Assembly: GCF_000150275.1 (NCBI RefSeq)
Contig: NW_002060945.1
Span: forward strand, 5,009,397-5,073,396
Reading direction: 5' to 3'
DNA length: 64,000 nt
DNA from: Trichoplax adhaerens
Lineage: Eukaryota > Animalia > Placozoa
Shown here: positions 14,466-26,860 of the stretch, one piece after another
How positions within the stretch are numbered: position 1 is the stretch's first letter
How the letters are laid out: the number at the start of each line of letters is the position of its first letter
The notes under the pieces: generated by a model
The model's database searches: none
Told to the model about the DNA's origin: nothing
The model's input: the letters and a program-made list of their open reading frames with translations, nothing else
Made by a program: the position numbers and the translations under genes

Positions 14466-14675
14466 AAGTGAGTATCTGTATGTGTTCTTAGAAAGCAGTT
14501 CTACTTGGCAGTTACTCAGTAGCAGTTGCATTTCAGTTACTGTTCAGTACAGATGAGGTGATTCTTTACAGTAAATACTTAATACCTGTGTTCAATAAAG
14601 TAAATTATTACATGAGAATCGGTGGAACTGCAATACTAATGTTAGCATAGATTGGAACTGAAATAAATTATTCTA

Positions 14676-16479
14676 ATGCCTACTTTGGTATTGTTAGATG
14701 TATCCTTGTCAATGTGCCGTCCAGCTACTAATGAGCACATTGATACAGAAGGAAATGACAATGAAATTTCGCGTAGACAGTTAGCACACCAAGGTTTGAG
14801 AGCCTTTTTTGATTATCTAGCGAATAATTTTCGTTTGGAGTTTACAAGTTTAGTAGTTTTTTCTTCATTGTGGGAAGAAATCGTTCCTTTCACACGCGAT
14901 TACGAGCTATTGAAATCGAAATTATCTAAAGCTGAAACTTATGACAAAACATGCTTTGCCTCTGCTTTCGAGGCAGCCAGATCGGTTATTTCAGATGGTT
15001 GGGGGCCTTCTACACCTTTTCATGTCATATTAGTCACCGATGGACTACCTGGAGTGGGTGATGGTAGCCTTCGTCAATTTCTCGATAGCCAGGAAGTGAT
15101 TACCCTGCCATTCACTAGTAAATTGCACATTATCTGCATTTCTCCTCTAGAGGAAGTTGGAAGCAACCTCCATTGGTATAAACAACTCTGCGATACAACT
15201 AGCAGCCACGGTGGCCATGTCTACTTTCCAGAAAAACCACTTACACAGCAATCAGTTGAAAAAGCTTTCATGCAGCTTGCGGAGAATAATTATATGCCTT
15301 ACAAGGGAATTTTACAATTTGGAAACTTACGTTCTAATGTTAATCTCGTGCCACCCCCCATTAATATAATGGGTTATAATTCCACGGATGATTACGACTT
15401 TCCTCCTTTCCCTTATGAACTAAAAATTTGCGGATTTCTTGATTCCGTGGATGTTGGGCAGCCGCCTTGTATAGCCAGGCATTTGGTATTGCCTTATTCT
15501 TCACCTCATAATCTGGATGAAGCTGGGGCACATGACGCCTCAGGAAGCGATAGTAGTTTTGATGATGCAGTCGTTGATGATAGTCATACACCATCATTTT
15601 GTGTACTATTACATGGAAGCTTGAAAGTTGAGAAAATGGTGGCACTCGTTAAATTAAGGTACAGTAAGTAGTTTATGAATATTAGAATAGTATTGTACAT
15701 TTTACTTTTATCTTAGGTAATATACTTATTTCGTATTCTCTGGTATAGTGACGATTGGTTTGGCATACTTCAGTCGTGGGCAGATTCTAAAAAGAAGTCA
15801 AACTTGGTTTTGTCCATATTTGAACCTGCGATTAAATTGTCATGGCTTGGTGAATTAACCCAATTAGGACCTTCTATAGATGAAGATGTAAATCCTTATG
15901 TTACCGTCAATGAGGATGAAGAAGAGTCACCATTTCCGGTACCTTTGGCAGGCTATTTTAGCTATCACCACCAAGGATTTTTAATCTGGACTAAAAATTC
16001 GTTGCAAGTAAGCCATAGAAATATAGAGAAAGTGCTTCTATTTTACGAGATATAATTAGATATGATATATTGTACTTCAGTCGGATATTCAGAAGACACT
16101 ACGCTATGCCAGAAGACTCCCTGATAAAAAGCAGGCATTTTATAAGGTGTGGAATAGAGAAATATTATTCTGTATCGGAAATGCTTTACCTACATACATT
16201 CTAGATTCTTAGAGATTATAGTTAACGTTTAAAAACTCGTTATCACGTCCTCCGGATGCTTCTCACCATATAAATCCTTTCTAATGATAGGAAGTCAACA
16301 AGCTGAGAAGAAATGCTCTCGTCTATAGTTTTGATGGTGTCATAGCTTGTATTGCAAGTCTACTATTAAAGGAAGCCGAGAACGCTACTTCCCAGCAAGC
16401 TGTTACATTGCTGAAGCATGTAGCCGCACACCTTCGATCAGAAAATGTTTATAGTACGATCGAGCCTGTACCAGTATAG
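14676..16479 (+). CDS. INTS14: Integrator complex subunit 14 (VWA9)
   Basis: Exons 14676-15658, 15749-16007, 16081-16146, 16291-16479. N-terminal VWA motif MPTLVLLDVSLSM, ILVTDG, PSFCVLLHGSLKVEKMVALV, ADSKKKSNL and DIQKTLRYARRLPDK; TAG at 16477-16479. Confidence 0.95.
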
Positions 16480-18341
16480 TATAAAAAGAGTACCGACCTG
16501 GTAGGCCTAGTCACCGTCAAGTGTTTTTCCGATATTGTGGAAATGATAGCAATAATAACAATCACGATACAGTACCCATTTCCTTCTACCACTCCTGTCT
16601 GTGTTATCCATTTGAATGAGGTTAAAGTTGTATCGATACTTGAGAAATGTACAGTTGGATGTAGCTACAGTATTACAGTTATCAATCACTATTTGTAACT
16701 CCAGTGGTGCATTTCGAATCTATATGCTGGACTTTATCGTATGTCTAAAAGTCTTTAGAATTACAATATAACGATATTGATACAGTATTTCTAGAATGCA
16801 ATTGATTGATATATCTCAGAAAATCTTTAGCTCTCATACCGAAGTCTGCGTAAGTAGATTTTATTTCTGTTATAACTTATTTTGGATATTCAATCTGAGA
16901 GAAGTTTTAAACTGGGAATAATTATGTGGCAATTATCCTTGCCTGAAATGAACGAACACAAACCATTGGATATTTACTTTAGAAACTTGTATATAAGATA
17001 TGACTGATGAAGTATATTAAATGTTGTTAGGTGAGAATTAATTACCTAGAATGAAAGAATGGATTACTTATACATAAAGTCATCAGTATCCAATTCATGT
17101 AATAAACCTGAAGCTTTGAATAATGATATATAACAGATTACGTTAGGGTTAATATGCAATGGTATAGCACTATATCTTATATTCAAATGCCATAAGAATT
17201 AACACAATATTAATCTGTCGAATCTAAGACAGCATGTTCATAACAACAATCTCATGGATTTCTTAGGATAGGAATATAATACATGAATATAAGTACGAAT
17301 CGTCCGCTGAAGCGTGTTTAATACAATTGTATGCCATAATTATATTAAATTGTTATGTAATACAATTTAATAATCACGGGGCATGACGGCATACGTATAA
17401 ACCGAATGCAAACGTTACATCCAAAGATAGGAGTACAGCAGCAGTTATATCATTAAAGTTGTCAATAAGAAGCCAATGCGTGTTCATACGCGATATACAT
17501 TATATGGATTTAACTACCGGATATAAAGTTTGTAAACATAAAACGATAAAAGCATCATAAATTCTTTGTGAAATCGATTTACACATCGTATATGATGATC
17601 AATGAATGATTTATGGTCTTAAGGATAAAATGTAGTAGTACACGTAATTAATTTTTTCATAGTCACGTACTACCGTAGTTTTGGCGTATAATACAGTATA
17701 CGATATAGATTATACAGAGTCTAGTACACAGTTTTAACGAAGTTTGTAAAATGTTCGTATATTATATTGCTATGTAGGTCAATAATTTGATAAATTATAA
17801 ATAAACCGCAGTCATCGCTCGGTCAAATCGGCGATCAACTGTAGTAAGGCAGTGTTACAACAACAACTAAGTTACCAATAAGCTTGATTAGGAAGATGTT
17901 TTACATCTACTAAACTGAATTCTAGAGGAAATTATTATATTCGAGTACTAGACTAACAAGTAAAATAGTAACACGATGATAAGCATGACTTAGAGACAGA
18001 GACTCTATCGAGCATTGTATAAAATACTCATGATTAGTAACTCTACAATAAGAGCGTCATATGCTAATAGAGACAAGTTATTAGAATTTTTCTATTACGA
18101 TCAGAGAATTCAATCGCCGGCTGTTAGTAACAACAAGGAACCATAAATTGATTGCATTTCTGGAATAAAAGGAAGTCAAATAAATTGAAATCTTTCTGCA
18201 GGAGTGAGGAGAAAAGTCGTCGTACATCACTGAAAGGCAATGAAAACAAGTATAAAATTACCAACGAAAACAGTTAACAGTGCTGTAATAGTACGTAATT
18301 CTTGAAGGGCAGGGCTTTCCAAAGACATTCAACGTAAAATA

Positions 18342-18967
18342 TCTTCATTTTCAGGATGACGTAGTTACAACAGTTTCAGTGCCGCACACTTGGACTATTG
18401 GTAAAGAGCACCAAGATTTTTGATACTTAGTGTACGGTACGAAACTGATGTTAGCAATGTATGATTATGTGGCACAATTTCTTACGTTAAAAAGAGCTCA
18501 AACGCTAACTTTCACATAAATCAAAATAATTTATTTAATAATTTAGAACTTTAAATTAAATCCAAGTCAGGGAGTTTTAATACGGTCATTAACTGATCGT
18601 TAGGTCTAGAAACGGTCAAGACTAGATATCGGCAACATAGTTTAAACCGATGTTGAAGTGGTGCGATTGGCAAAATTTGTGCCATTTCTGCTGGAAATTG
18701 TGCCAATCGCATTATTTCGAGATCGATTTAAACTATGTTACCGATATCAAATCTTGACTATTTCTAGACTTTACGATGAGTTGATGATTGTTTTAAAACT
18801 ACCTAACTTGAATTAACTTACAGCTTTAAATTATTAAATTATTCAAATTTAAGTAAAAATCAGCTTTTGAGTTATTTTTAAAATAAGAAACTGTCGTACA
18901 TAATCATGCATCACGAGCGTCTTTTACCTATTAAACTCATGTAACTATGTCATCCTGAAAATGAAGA
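18342..18967. repeat. ~625 bp imperfect inverted repeat (fold-back element or long hairpin)
   Basis: Termini tcttcattttcaggatgacgtagttaca / tgtaactatgtcatcctgaaaatgaaga are reverse complements with 1 mismatch in 28. The arms stay complementary inwards to a ~16 nt loop at 18679-18694. Confidence 0.92.
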
Positions 18968-19413
18968 ACACAGTACTGTGATAAATAAGCAATTTACAAT
19001 GAAAATAGTAGTAAATGGTATTATAAACCATTGGCCCATTGCCTACTGCATAAAAAGACGTGCACTACATTCTGCTAATGTGGTTTCTCTTACAACTACT
19101 AGCAAGCACAGCTAGAAGATGGGGTTTCGCTAATACATCTACTGTACATACTGTACGTAAGCAACTCGGTGAGGTACAGTAGCAATGTCTTAATGCATCA
19201 TAAGTAGAATCCAAGTGGCATAAGTGTGCATCTAAAAAGTATTGCTTTTTAGGAGTTAAATACTGTATCAGACTCATGATATTATAATCTAATCTCGTGT
19301 TGAGATTTATTAGAGCAACTTAAGTTAAAAAGACATTATGAGAAAGATTCGACTAAGTATAAGTATTGTACTTACCACATAATAAAACACAAGCTTCAGT
19401 ATGCCATGCTTGC

Positions 19414-20764
19414 TCAGGTCACTATCTTTTTATTGTCTTTACTATTGATTTCATGACTAAAGAACTTTTTTAATCTCTCTAGATATTGGCCGTATAACTC
19501 CACGTCGTTATGACCGGCTCCTTCCACCCATAAAGGCTCGACTGCGTGTAGACATTTCTCATACATTGTTATTCCATGAGAAATATCTACTACTTCATCT
19601 TCAGTACCATGAATGACCAATACGGGAGAGACAACTTTATGAATTTTATCAATGCTACAATACAATAATTCGACGTATTACAAAATGAAAGTGTTTCATG
19701 AAAAAGAAATGCGTGAGTACCTTAAACTGATATGTAAGAAGCTACTCTTACTGCTATAATCATGATTATAATGGTGCATCGTCTTATAGAAGGCAAAAAT
19801 TGTATTAGTAAGTATGTGCTGGCAGCACTAGCACTGTGTTACAGAACCATATAGCAGTAGAGTATGACTCCTAACGTTAATTTTTTCAGTTCTAACGAAA
19901 ATTCGCGTCAAGATGCTATGTGTAATGATTATAATCGATATATTTATATCTTAGTTATATATATAATCAAGGAAGTATTGTAACGTTAGAATAAGACTCG
20001 TAGAATTTATGCTGTATATGTTATGCAATTCAGCGAGATTGGCGATCGTAATAGCATTAGAGTATAATAGAAGGTATTCGGCAAATGCTACTCACCGAAT
20101 TATTATTTTAATTTACATACCTCCGAAAGGGATCGCAGCAAATATCTTTATTAGTGTTTGGAAAAGCAACCCGTACGCCAGATAGGAGAGGAGAGTGTAG
20201 CACAACGCCAGCACATTCATATCTCGATGCTAAGTCAATCGTAGCAACGGTGCCAATACTTTGGCCATACAAGATTATGCTGTCCGGTGTAACTGCATAA
20301 CGATTACGTAAAGCTAACCAAGCGGCATCGATATCAGCATATATATTTTTTTCGCTAGCTCTGCCTGTACTAGCTCCATAGCCGGAATAATCATAGGAGA
20401 AAATATTACAATTTAATCGTGTGCCCAGACCGATATAGAAACTTGCCATTTGTCCTAAATCTACGGCGTTACCGTGGCTAAACAACAGAGTATTACGGCT
20501 ACTTAGCGAGCAACGGACCAGCATACAAGCGATTACATTTCCACGTTTAGTACGACAATGAAATACTTCGATACATTCTTGTTCACGATCTGAATACTGC
20601 CAATCTGCATTATCATTGAAATTTAGTTTACATCTTCCGTTACTGTCTTCAATGATAGAATAAGTTGGTTCTGGGGCCATAAAAGCTAGTTTTGAAACGA
20701 TCCGAGATGGACAAGGAGGGCAGCAGAAGAGACAACAAATATCTGAACACGAGAGTCCGTTCAT
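19414..20764 (-). CDS. ABHD17: ABHD17 family depalmitoylase (alpha/beta hydrolase)
   Basis: Exons 20764-20121 and 19654-19414. N-terminal Cys cluster [19 protein letters not shown], nucleophile motif [14 protein letters not shown] and GAGHND. Confidence 0.97.
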
Positions 20765-20967
20765 GTCGATAATGGTATATTTTGAAAGATTGAGTTCATA
20801 CGCGTATGCTGGCTGTATTCGTATTGATTTACGGCGACGATAATAGGAATGCCTAGAGCTTTTCTGATTTCCCTTAGAAAGAAAATTTAAAATTTGCTAA
20901 TTACTCTCTTGCTATATAAACTGAATAAGACTACGCATCTAAGTTGACCATAAAAAAATAATAATAA

Positions 20968-21345
20968 TATACAGTACAGTGTAGTACATACGTACTGTAC
21001 TGTATACCGGTAAACGAGTATACAGTACGCTTACTGTAATCGCTCATACAGTACAGTACATAATAAACTTCGTTCTAATGAGAAAAAGCATACAGTACTG
21101 TACTGTACACTCACTGTACTGTACAGTACAGTACGGTAGTTCGCAAATTATCCACCACTTTATGAAGTACTGTAATTTAGTGAACTGTACAGTACTACAG
21201 TATACAGTACCAGTTAAAAATATAGTATTCTTTTGGTGGTACGGAACAGTATCCTTTCTGCTTTGACTGTACGGTACTGTACACTGTACAGTATACAGTA
21301 TAGCTGGCACATAATGTACTGTACACTGTACAGTACAGTACAAAA
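20968..21345. promoter_or_regulatory. (GTAC-W)n array upstream of ABHD17
   Basis: Dense TACAG/CTGTA runs. A candidate minus-strand 5'UTR intron (21034-20873, gtaagc...ctaag) starts inside the array. Confidence 0.6.
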
Positions 21346-21346
21346 C

Positions 21347-21769
21347 TAAGGAGTACTAAAAAAGGAAAGTTTTAAGAAGGGTTAATAGGGACGTAAAACA
21401 ATCAATCGTTCGTTGACTAGTAATGCAGAGGCCGTTTATTTTACTGGTTTTTCAACTGTATCACATGTTCGTATCGGCACACTATTCTGTCCGTAACATT
21501 GACATTCAAATTAGCTGCTAAGTTGGTTTTGTGCAGTATGGTATACGGTTTCGTTAGTACTGTATAGTAGAATTAAGGGGGCTAATTTATGTAATGGGCG
21601 ATTTTATCGAGCGGCGACTATACAGTATAAAATTATAGAGGCTGTTATATAAAATCACCGATTATATAAATTAGCCCCGTCGGAATGGCCGGAAAAATGA
21701 TAGGCCTCCACATTACTTTGCATTGCCGGCCGTTTTGCGTCCCTGTTTCTTTCCTTTTAGTAGTCCCTG
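21347..21769. mobile_element. MITE-like non-autonomous DNA transposon with degenerate TIRs, a 7-bp flanking direct repeat and a nested hairpin
   Basis: Left end taaggagtactaaaaaaggaaag vs reverse complement of right end cagggactactaaaaggaaag. Further inverted blocks: agggacgtaaaac/gttttgcgtccct and agtaatgcagaggcc/ggcctccacattact. ACAAAAC flanks both ends (21340-21346 and 21770-21776). Internal hairpin at 21578-21678. Confidence 0.8.
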
Positions 21770-21789
21770 ACAAAACCCTCTTTTATTTT

Positions 21790-22325
21790 ATAGTACAGTA
21801 CTGTACAAAGCATTGCTAGTGAAACCCATGAACGAAATATACTGTAATTAATTATTAATTTCGGTCAGTCTTCTAAAAAAAAATAATATAATAGTATTAT
21901 TATTGTACGCGAATGTAACATAGGCGGAATTAATGTTGAACTGTTTTAGGGTCATTTGATATGTAATATATTCACTAATCATGTACAGTATCACTAGTAT
22001 TCAGTACTGTACAGTACAGTAAAACAGCCATCTCAGTCTCGTTTACGGTCTACAGTATAACTACACCTGTTAGTACAGTACTGTACAGTAGTCCAAATAC
22101 AGTACAGTACTGTACAGTACAGTACTGTAAACCACAGTACAAACAAATACTGTAGCACTGTAAAGGCTTTTCCTTTCTGTACTGTACATACAGTACTGTA
22201 CTGTACAGTACTATACTGTACAGCTGTACTGTACAGCGAAACAGAACGACCAATAAGTTATTAAGATTATCTCTCGGTCGTGGTACAGCACTGTGAACGA
22301 TACAGTACTGTACAGTACACTGAGG
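21790..22325. promoter_or_regulatory. (GTAC-W)n array upstream of MRPL15
   Basis: Dense TACAG/CTGTA runs ending ~100 bp before the ATG at 22418. Confidence 0.6.
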
Positions 22326-22417
22326 ACAGTAATAAAGGAGTAACACTAGTACCGTACTCAAAACTACTCCAATAGTGATGACAGTAATCTTTAAAGTCGT
22401 AAGGTGTGCGTAGAAAC

Positions 22418-23395
22418 ATGGCGGCTGTCCTTGGACATATCGAGAAGAATCTATCACTCTTAGCTAATTTACCGCGCGTAGCTTTGAATAATATACGAGA
22501 TATACCTGGCGCAAGGAAAGCTGCAGTACGTGTAGGTAGAGGTCCAGGATCTGGACGTGGAAAAACTTGCGGACATGGTCATAAAGGTCAAGGCCAGCGT
22601 AATCCTAGCAAACCTCGTTTAGGTTTCGAGGGTGGTCAAACACCATTTTATTTAAGAACCCCAGAACATGGCTTTAAGAATAAATTTCGTAAAGAATATG
22701 AGCTCGTAGATCTAGGAAAGCTCCAATTAATGATCGATCAAGGCCGTATTAACCCTAAATCACCGATAGACATGAAAGTTTTACGCGATTCTGGGGCTGT
22801 TAGCAAGAAAATTACCCACGGTGTTAAATTGCTAGCGAAGGTATAAAAAACCTACAGTAGTTTAGATCGTTTTAGAATTTATGCATATTGCGATGTTTTA
22901 GGAGCATCTTATAATAAAATTTTACGTAGCGCAACAATACATAATACAACTTATTAAACGGTGGATATTTGTATATAATGGATGAGCTCTTTGTTAATCT
23001 GGTATTACATGTTGTCTTTCAGTAAATTATATTAATACTGTATCAAATTTGCTTATTCAAAATTATAGAACTCCGATAAATTCAATTCAAAACTCGATAT
23101 TGAGGTATCTCGAGCAACTCCGCTAGCTATATCTATGATAGAACAAGCAGGAGGTAAAGTTACTTGTGCACATTATAACAAATTGGGATTGAGATATCTT
23201 CTAAAGCCGGAAAGATTTATTGATCGATTGCCACCTCGTCGTGCACGTCCCAAACCGAAGCAAATGACCTATTATACAGATCCTCACACTCGTGGATATT
23301 TAGCTGATGAAGATGAAATACGTAAACTGCGTAAAATGAATCAAAGAAGAAATAAGCCGAAAGATTACATTGCACCCAAAGAAACTGCTGTATAA
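22418..23395 (+). CDS. MRPL15: Mitochondrial ribosomal protein L15 (uL15m)
   Basis: Exons 22418-22840 and 23069-23395. Motifs RVGRGPGSGRGKTCGHGHKGQGQR, GFEGGQTPFY, IEVSRA...IEQAGGKV and YYTDPHTRGYL. Confidence 0.96.
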
Positions 23396-25406
23396 TATAG
23401 AATTACATATGCATTAGAGACTAATACTAAATTTTATTCTATATAATATTTCTATGAATTCGTCTGAAATCTCAAAGTAAATAAACCAGTGAATCAGCCG
23501 TAATCCATTACTAATTTTATCTCCTTAGCAATGAAACAATCTGAATTTAGAAATTTGTATAATTCGCACAACTTTATTATCATCGTGATTTCCCAATTTA
23601 TTTACTGTAAGTAATCCTGATTTTTATCAACGATAGATCCTATTTACTGTACTGTACTGTACTGTACTTTACTGGCCTATTTTAACTTATTTCATCATCG
23701 TCTACGGCATGCGTTCTCTGTACCTTATTAAAGTATTAAGTTTTAAAGTGCCATATTTGATACACTGTTCTTTAGAATCAAAATGATACTTGTTATTAGA
23801 CAAGGAACTGCGACTTAATTTTACTTTACGGCATTAATCTGAGTGCATATTAGAGCATGTGTATGAGTTTTCTTTCATGTTCAAGTGATTCATAACCGTG
23901 GAAATGTACAGTAATAGTTAGTCTCATGCTATATCTACGAGTACGTATATAGTTACTTCAAGCCAGAGATGATGCGTAAAATTTTTATTTTATGAAAATT
24001 TAGTAAACGGAAAATTAGGATTTAATAACGAGTTTGAACAGTTGAGTTAGCACGATGTTTGTATTTTTGTAAGTGTATGAGTACGAGACAGTAATGTGCC
24101 GTTAGAAGTTTCATCACTGGTGTAAGTAAAGGTTGCGGTAGAAGGAAATTAACAAAACATCTCTGTCACTCTAAGTAAATTGCAATCATTGCTTGGTAAA
24201 ATAATTAACTACAGTATACGCGTATATTATTTACAGTAGCAATCACTAGTATTGCTATGCGTTGTACAGTACTTGTACTCCGATAAACATAAGAAAAATG
24301 AATCAACCAATGTAGCCCAGCCTAATTTCAAGAATGATTTGCGTTAACAACCTGCTAATTACAACTTTTTTGGCAAACAATCCACTAGCTACTCATACAT
24401 GCGAACGTATAATCATAAAAGTGAGAGAATTCCGATATATTTAATTGCAGAGAGTATACTGTAGTACAGTGAGGGTATGCCGTATTGGACCTCTTAAATT
24501 CTTGTAATTAGACTAGAAATTATTAAAGCGTAGTGCAGCTTTCGTATGTACCATATTTGTTAAGTAATACTAAGTATCATATGAAATTTGACTAAAAATT
24601 GTTTAAATCCAGTCCAACCTAGTGAGACCGTAGAAAGAGTTCAGCTTTGAAGCTTTTAGGGCATTGCAATGCGAAATAGATCCCTCCTCCAACTTTGATA
24701 ATGTACAGTATACAGTAAAATATATTTTATTCAAGATTTAAGATTTTATTATTCCAAATAGCATAGCCCAAGCTACGATAGATGAAATTAGATCTTATGA
24801 CGGGTGTATTCATCATTTTGAGAATAAAGCAGATAACGGTCAATTTACTTTACCTCAATTGAGTTAAAGTAGAGGGATCCACAAAGAGTTACATGATTAC
24901 TAGATACGAGTATTCCATACTGCTTACTGTACGCTGTATACTGTAATGATACCATTACTATCAATCCATAATACGAGTGCATTTTAAAGTTATTGCGGAT
25001 AAAAACAATTAAATATATGAAACAGACTTGCTATGAACTTATTTTGTGAGCTAGAGATAATTCATTCTATGACGCGATCAATTACTGCAGACAATGAGGT
25101 CAATGATATGAAAAGGAAAATCTGATTATTTTATACTGAGCTCAATCAATATAATCGTTCGTTTGTCGTTTCCAATTGTATAGTAGAATTTTAATATTAC
25201 TGTAGTTGCATTAGGTGGGTAGCAATGAACGACGCTATGACCTCGATCATGGTATAATATCTGCTACACTGCCTTATTTTGATATATTTATTTATTAAAG
25301 CACTTTATTATACAATATATACAAATATCGACGTGCAGATTTCCTCTTACACGATACAAAGCCTTGCATTCTATGTAGAAATACAGTTTGTATTTACATC
25401 ATGAGA

Positions 25407-26279
25407 TTACTTCTGACTTAAGTATCTTCTATTTTTAATCAAACTGCTTATACTAACGGTTACAAATGTACAGCTAGATCTGATTTCATTCATATTTGCA
25501 TATTCATCACTTTCGCATATTAATAATGTACGTAATTCAAGCACATCGCGAAATTTCTCAAATGCTAACTGCAAAGGATTTCCCCTTAGATCAAACTTCG
25601 TTAAATATTTACATTTCATTACCCAGTCATCAGATAGTGAACTTACAAAATTGTATTGTGCGATTATTATATTCAAATTCTTCATATACACAAGGCAATA
25701 CGGCATCGATTGAAGTTGATTATGTGATATATCCAAATAGCATAGCGATGATAGTCGGTCTAGTGTCTTTGGTAAATCCTTTATCTGATTTTTAGCTAGA
25801 TCAAGCCTGGCTAGGTTAGTCAAATGACAAATCTCTTCCGGCAAATAGGAAATAGAGTTTTTTCGAAGAGAAAGTATTTGTAAATTGTTTAACTTACACA
25901 GCTCCTCTGGAAAGCTCATTAACTGAACATCAACTAACCATAAATTAGTTAATAGCTGCATTTGACCAATTTCAGATGAAAGATGACAAAGTTTGTTGTT
26001 ACTTAACACTAATGTACGCAAGTATTTTAGCTTCGATATCCCTGTTGGTAATATAGTTAACTGATTGTGATCGAGTACTAGTACCTCTAATCTAGCAAGA
26101 GCTGTGATCTCATCTGGTGGCATTATAAGATTATTATTATTTAGAAACAATTTTTTTACTGCCAACATTTTATCTAACGTACTTGGTAGTACTGTTAATT
26201 TTCTATGACTTAGGTTAACAAGAGTGCCATGTGATTGATGGATTTGTTCCAGATAAATCGTATGATCGTCCATCTTCAT
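25407..26279 (-). CDS. Leucine-rich-repeat-only protein (290 aa)
   Basis: Uninterrupted ORF with ~9 LxxLxLxxNxLxxLP repeats of ~23 aa; no signal peptide or other domain evident. Confidence 0.85.
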   Translation of the reverse strand: MKMDDHTIYLEQIHQSHGTLVNLSHRKLTVLPSTLDKMLAVKKLFLNNNNLIMPPDEITALARLEVLVLDHNQLTILPTGISKLKYLRTLVLSNNKLCHLSSEIGQMQLLTNLWLVDVQLMSFPEELCKLNNLQILSLRKNSISYLPEEICHLTNLARLDLAKNQIKDLPKTLDRLSSLCYLDISHNQLQSMPYCLVYMKNLNIIIAQYNFVSSLSDDWVMKCKYLTKFDLRGNPLQLAFEKFRDVLELRTLLICESDEYANMNEIRSSCTFVTVSISSLIKNRRYLSQK

Positions 26280-26529
26280 TAACGTTGAATCCGCATGGAA
26301 ATGATAGTGTTATGGAATGTTTCGCTGCCAAAAAGAAATTTACCAAAGAAATTCATGGTAATAAATACCTTCGCCACATACACCGGGCCGGGGCCTCTAC
26401 ATGAGTGCTCGCTGTAAACACAAACAAACCCAGCAAAGTCCAGTTATGCAGTAATCTAGCAGCTGCAAAATCTTAGCTTTACATGGTAAAATACCTGTTC
26501 CATACGGATGACGAGTAAAAGAAATGGCT

Positions 26530-26860
26530 ATACTGTACTGCACATGACAACATACGAGTGTTTCAGCGATGTCTATGTTTTAACTTTCCAGCTAGTACTA
26601 CAAGTGAACCAAAAGTGGCGTTTCTGTGGAGAAATTGTACAGTACTCCAGTTTCGGGCCACGCCGCCACCGCACTTTACAGTGTACTGTACTGTACGGTA
26701 CAAGTACTTTGCAGTACTGTACTGTACTGTACAGTACAGTACAAATAAATCCTTTCTTACTGTACTATGTACTGTACTGTACAGTACTGTACACTGAACT
26801 GTGAGTGGCACGAAAATCGGGCTACAGTCCAAGCAACTCACTGTAGTGTACTGTACTGCA
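26530..26860. promoter_or_regulatory. (GTAC-W)n array upstream of the LRR gene
   Basis: Dense TACAG/CTGTA runs 250-580 bp upstream of the ATG. A second small cluster lies at 27119-27213. Confidence 0.55.

Noticed and set aside
21044-22457. ORFs rich in Y/C/T/V/Q/S (also at 26508-27024, 41174-42497, 52333-52629, 53219-53416)
   Set aside because: They are translations of the stop-free GTACW arrays in several frames and on both strands, not proteins.
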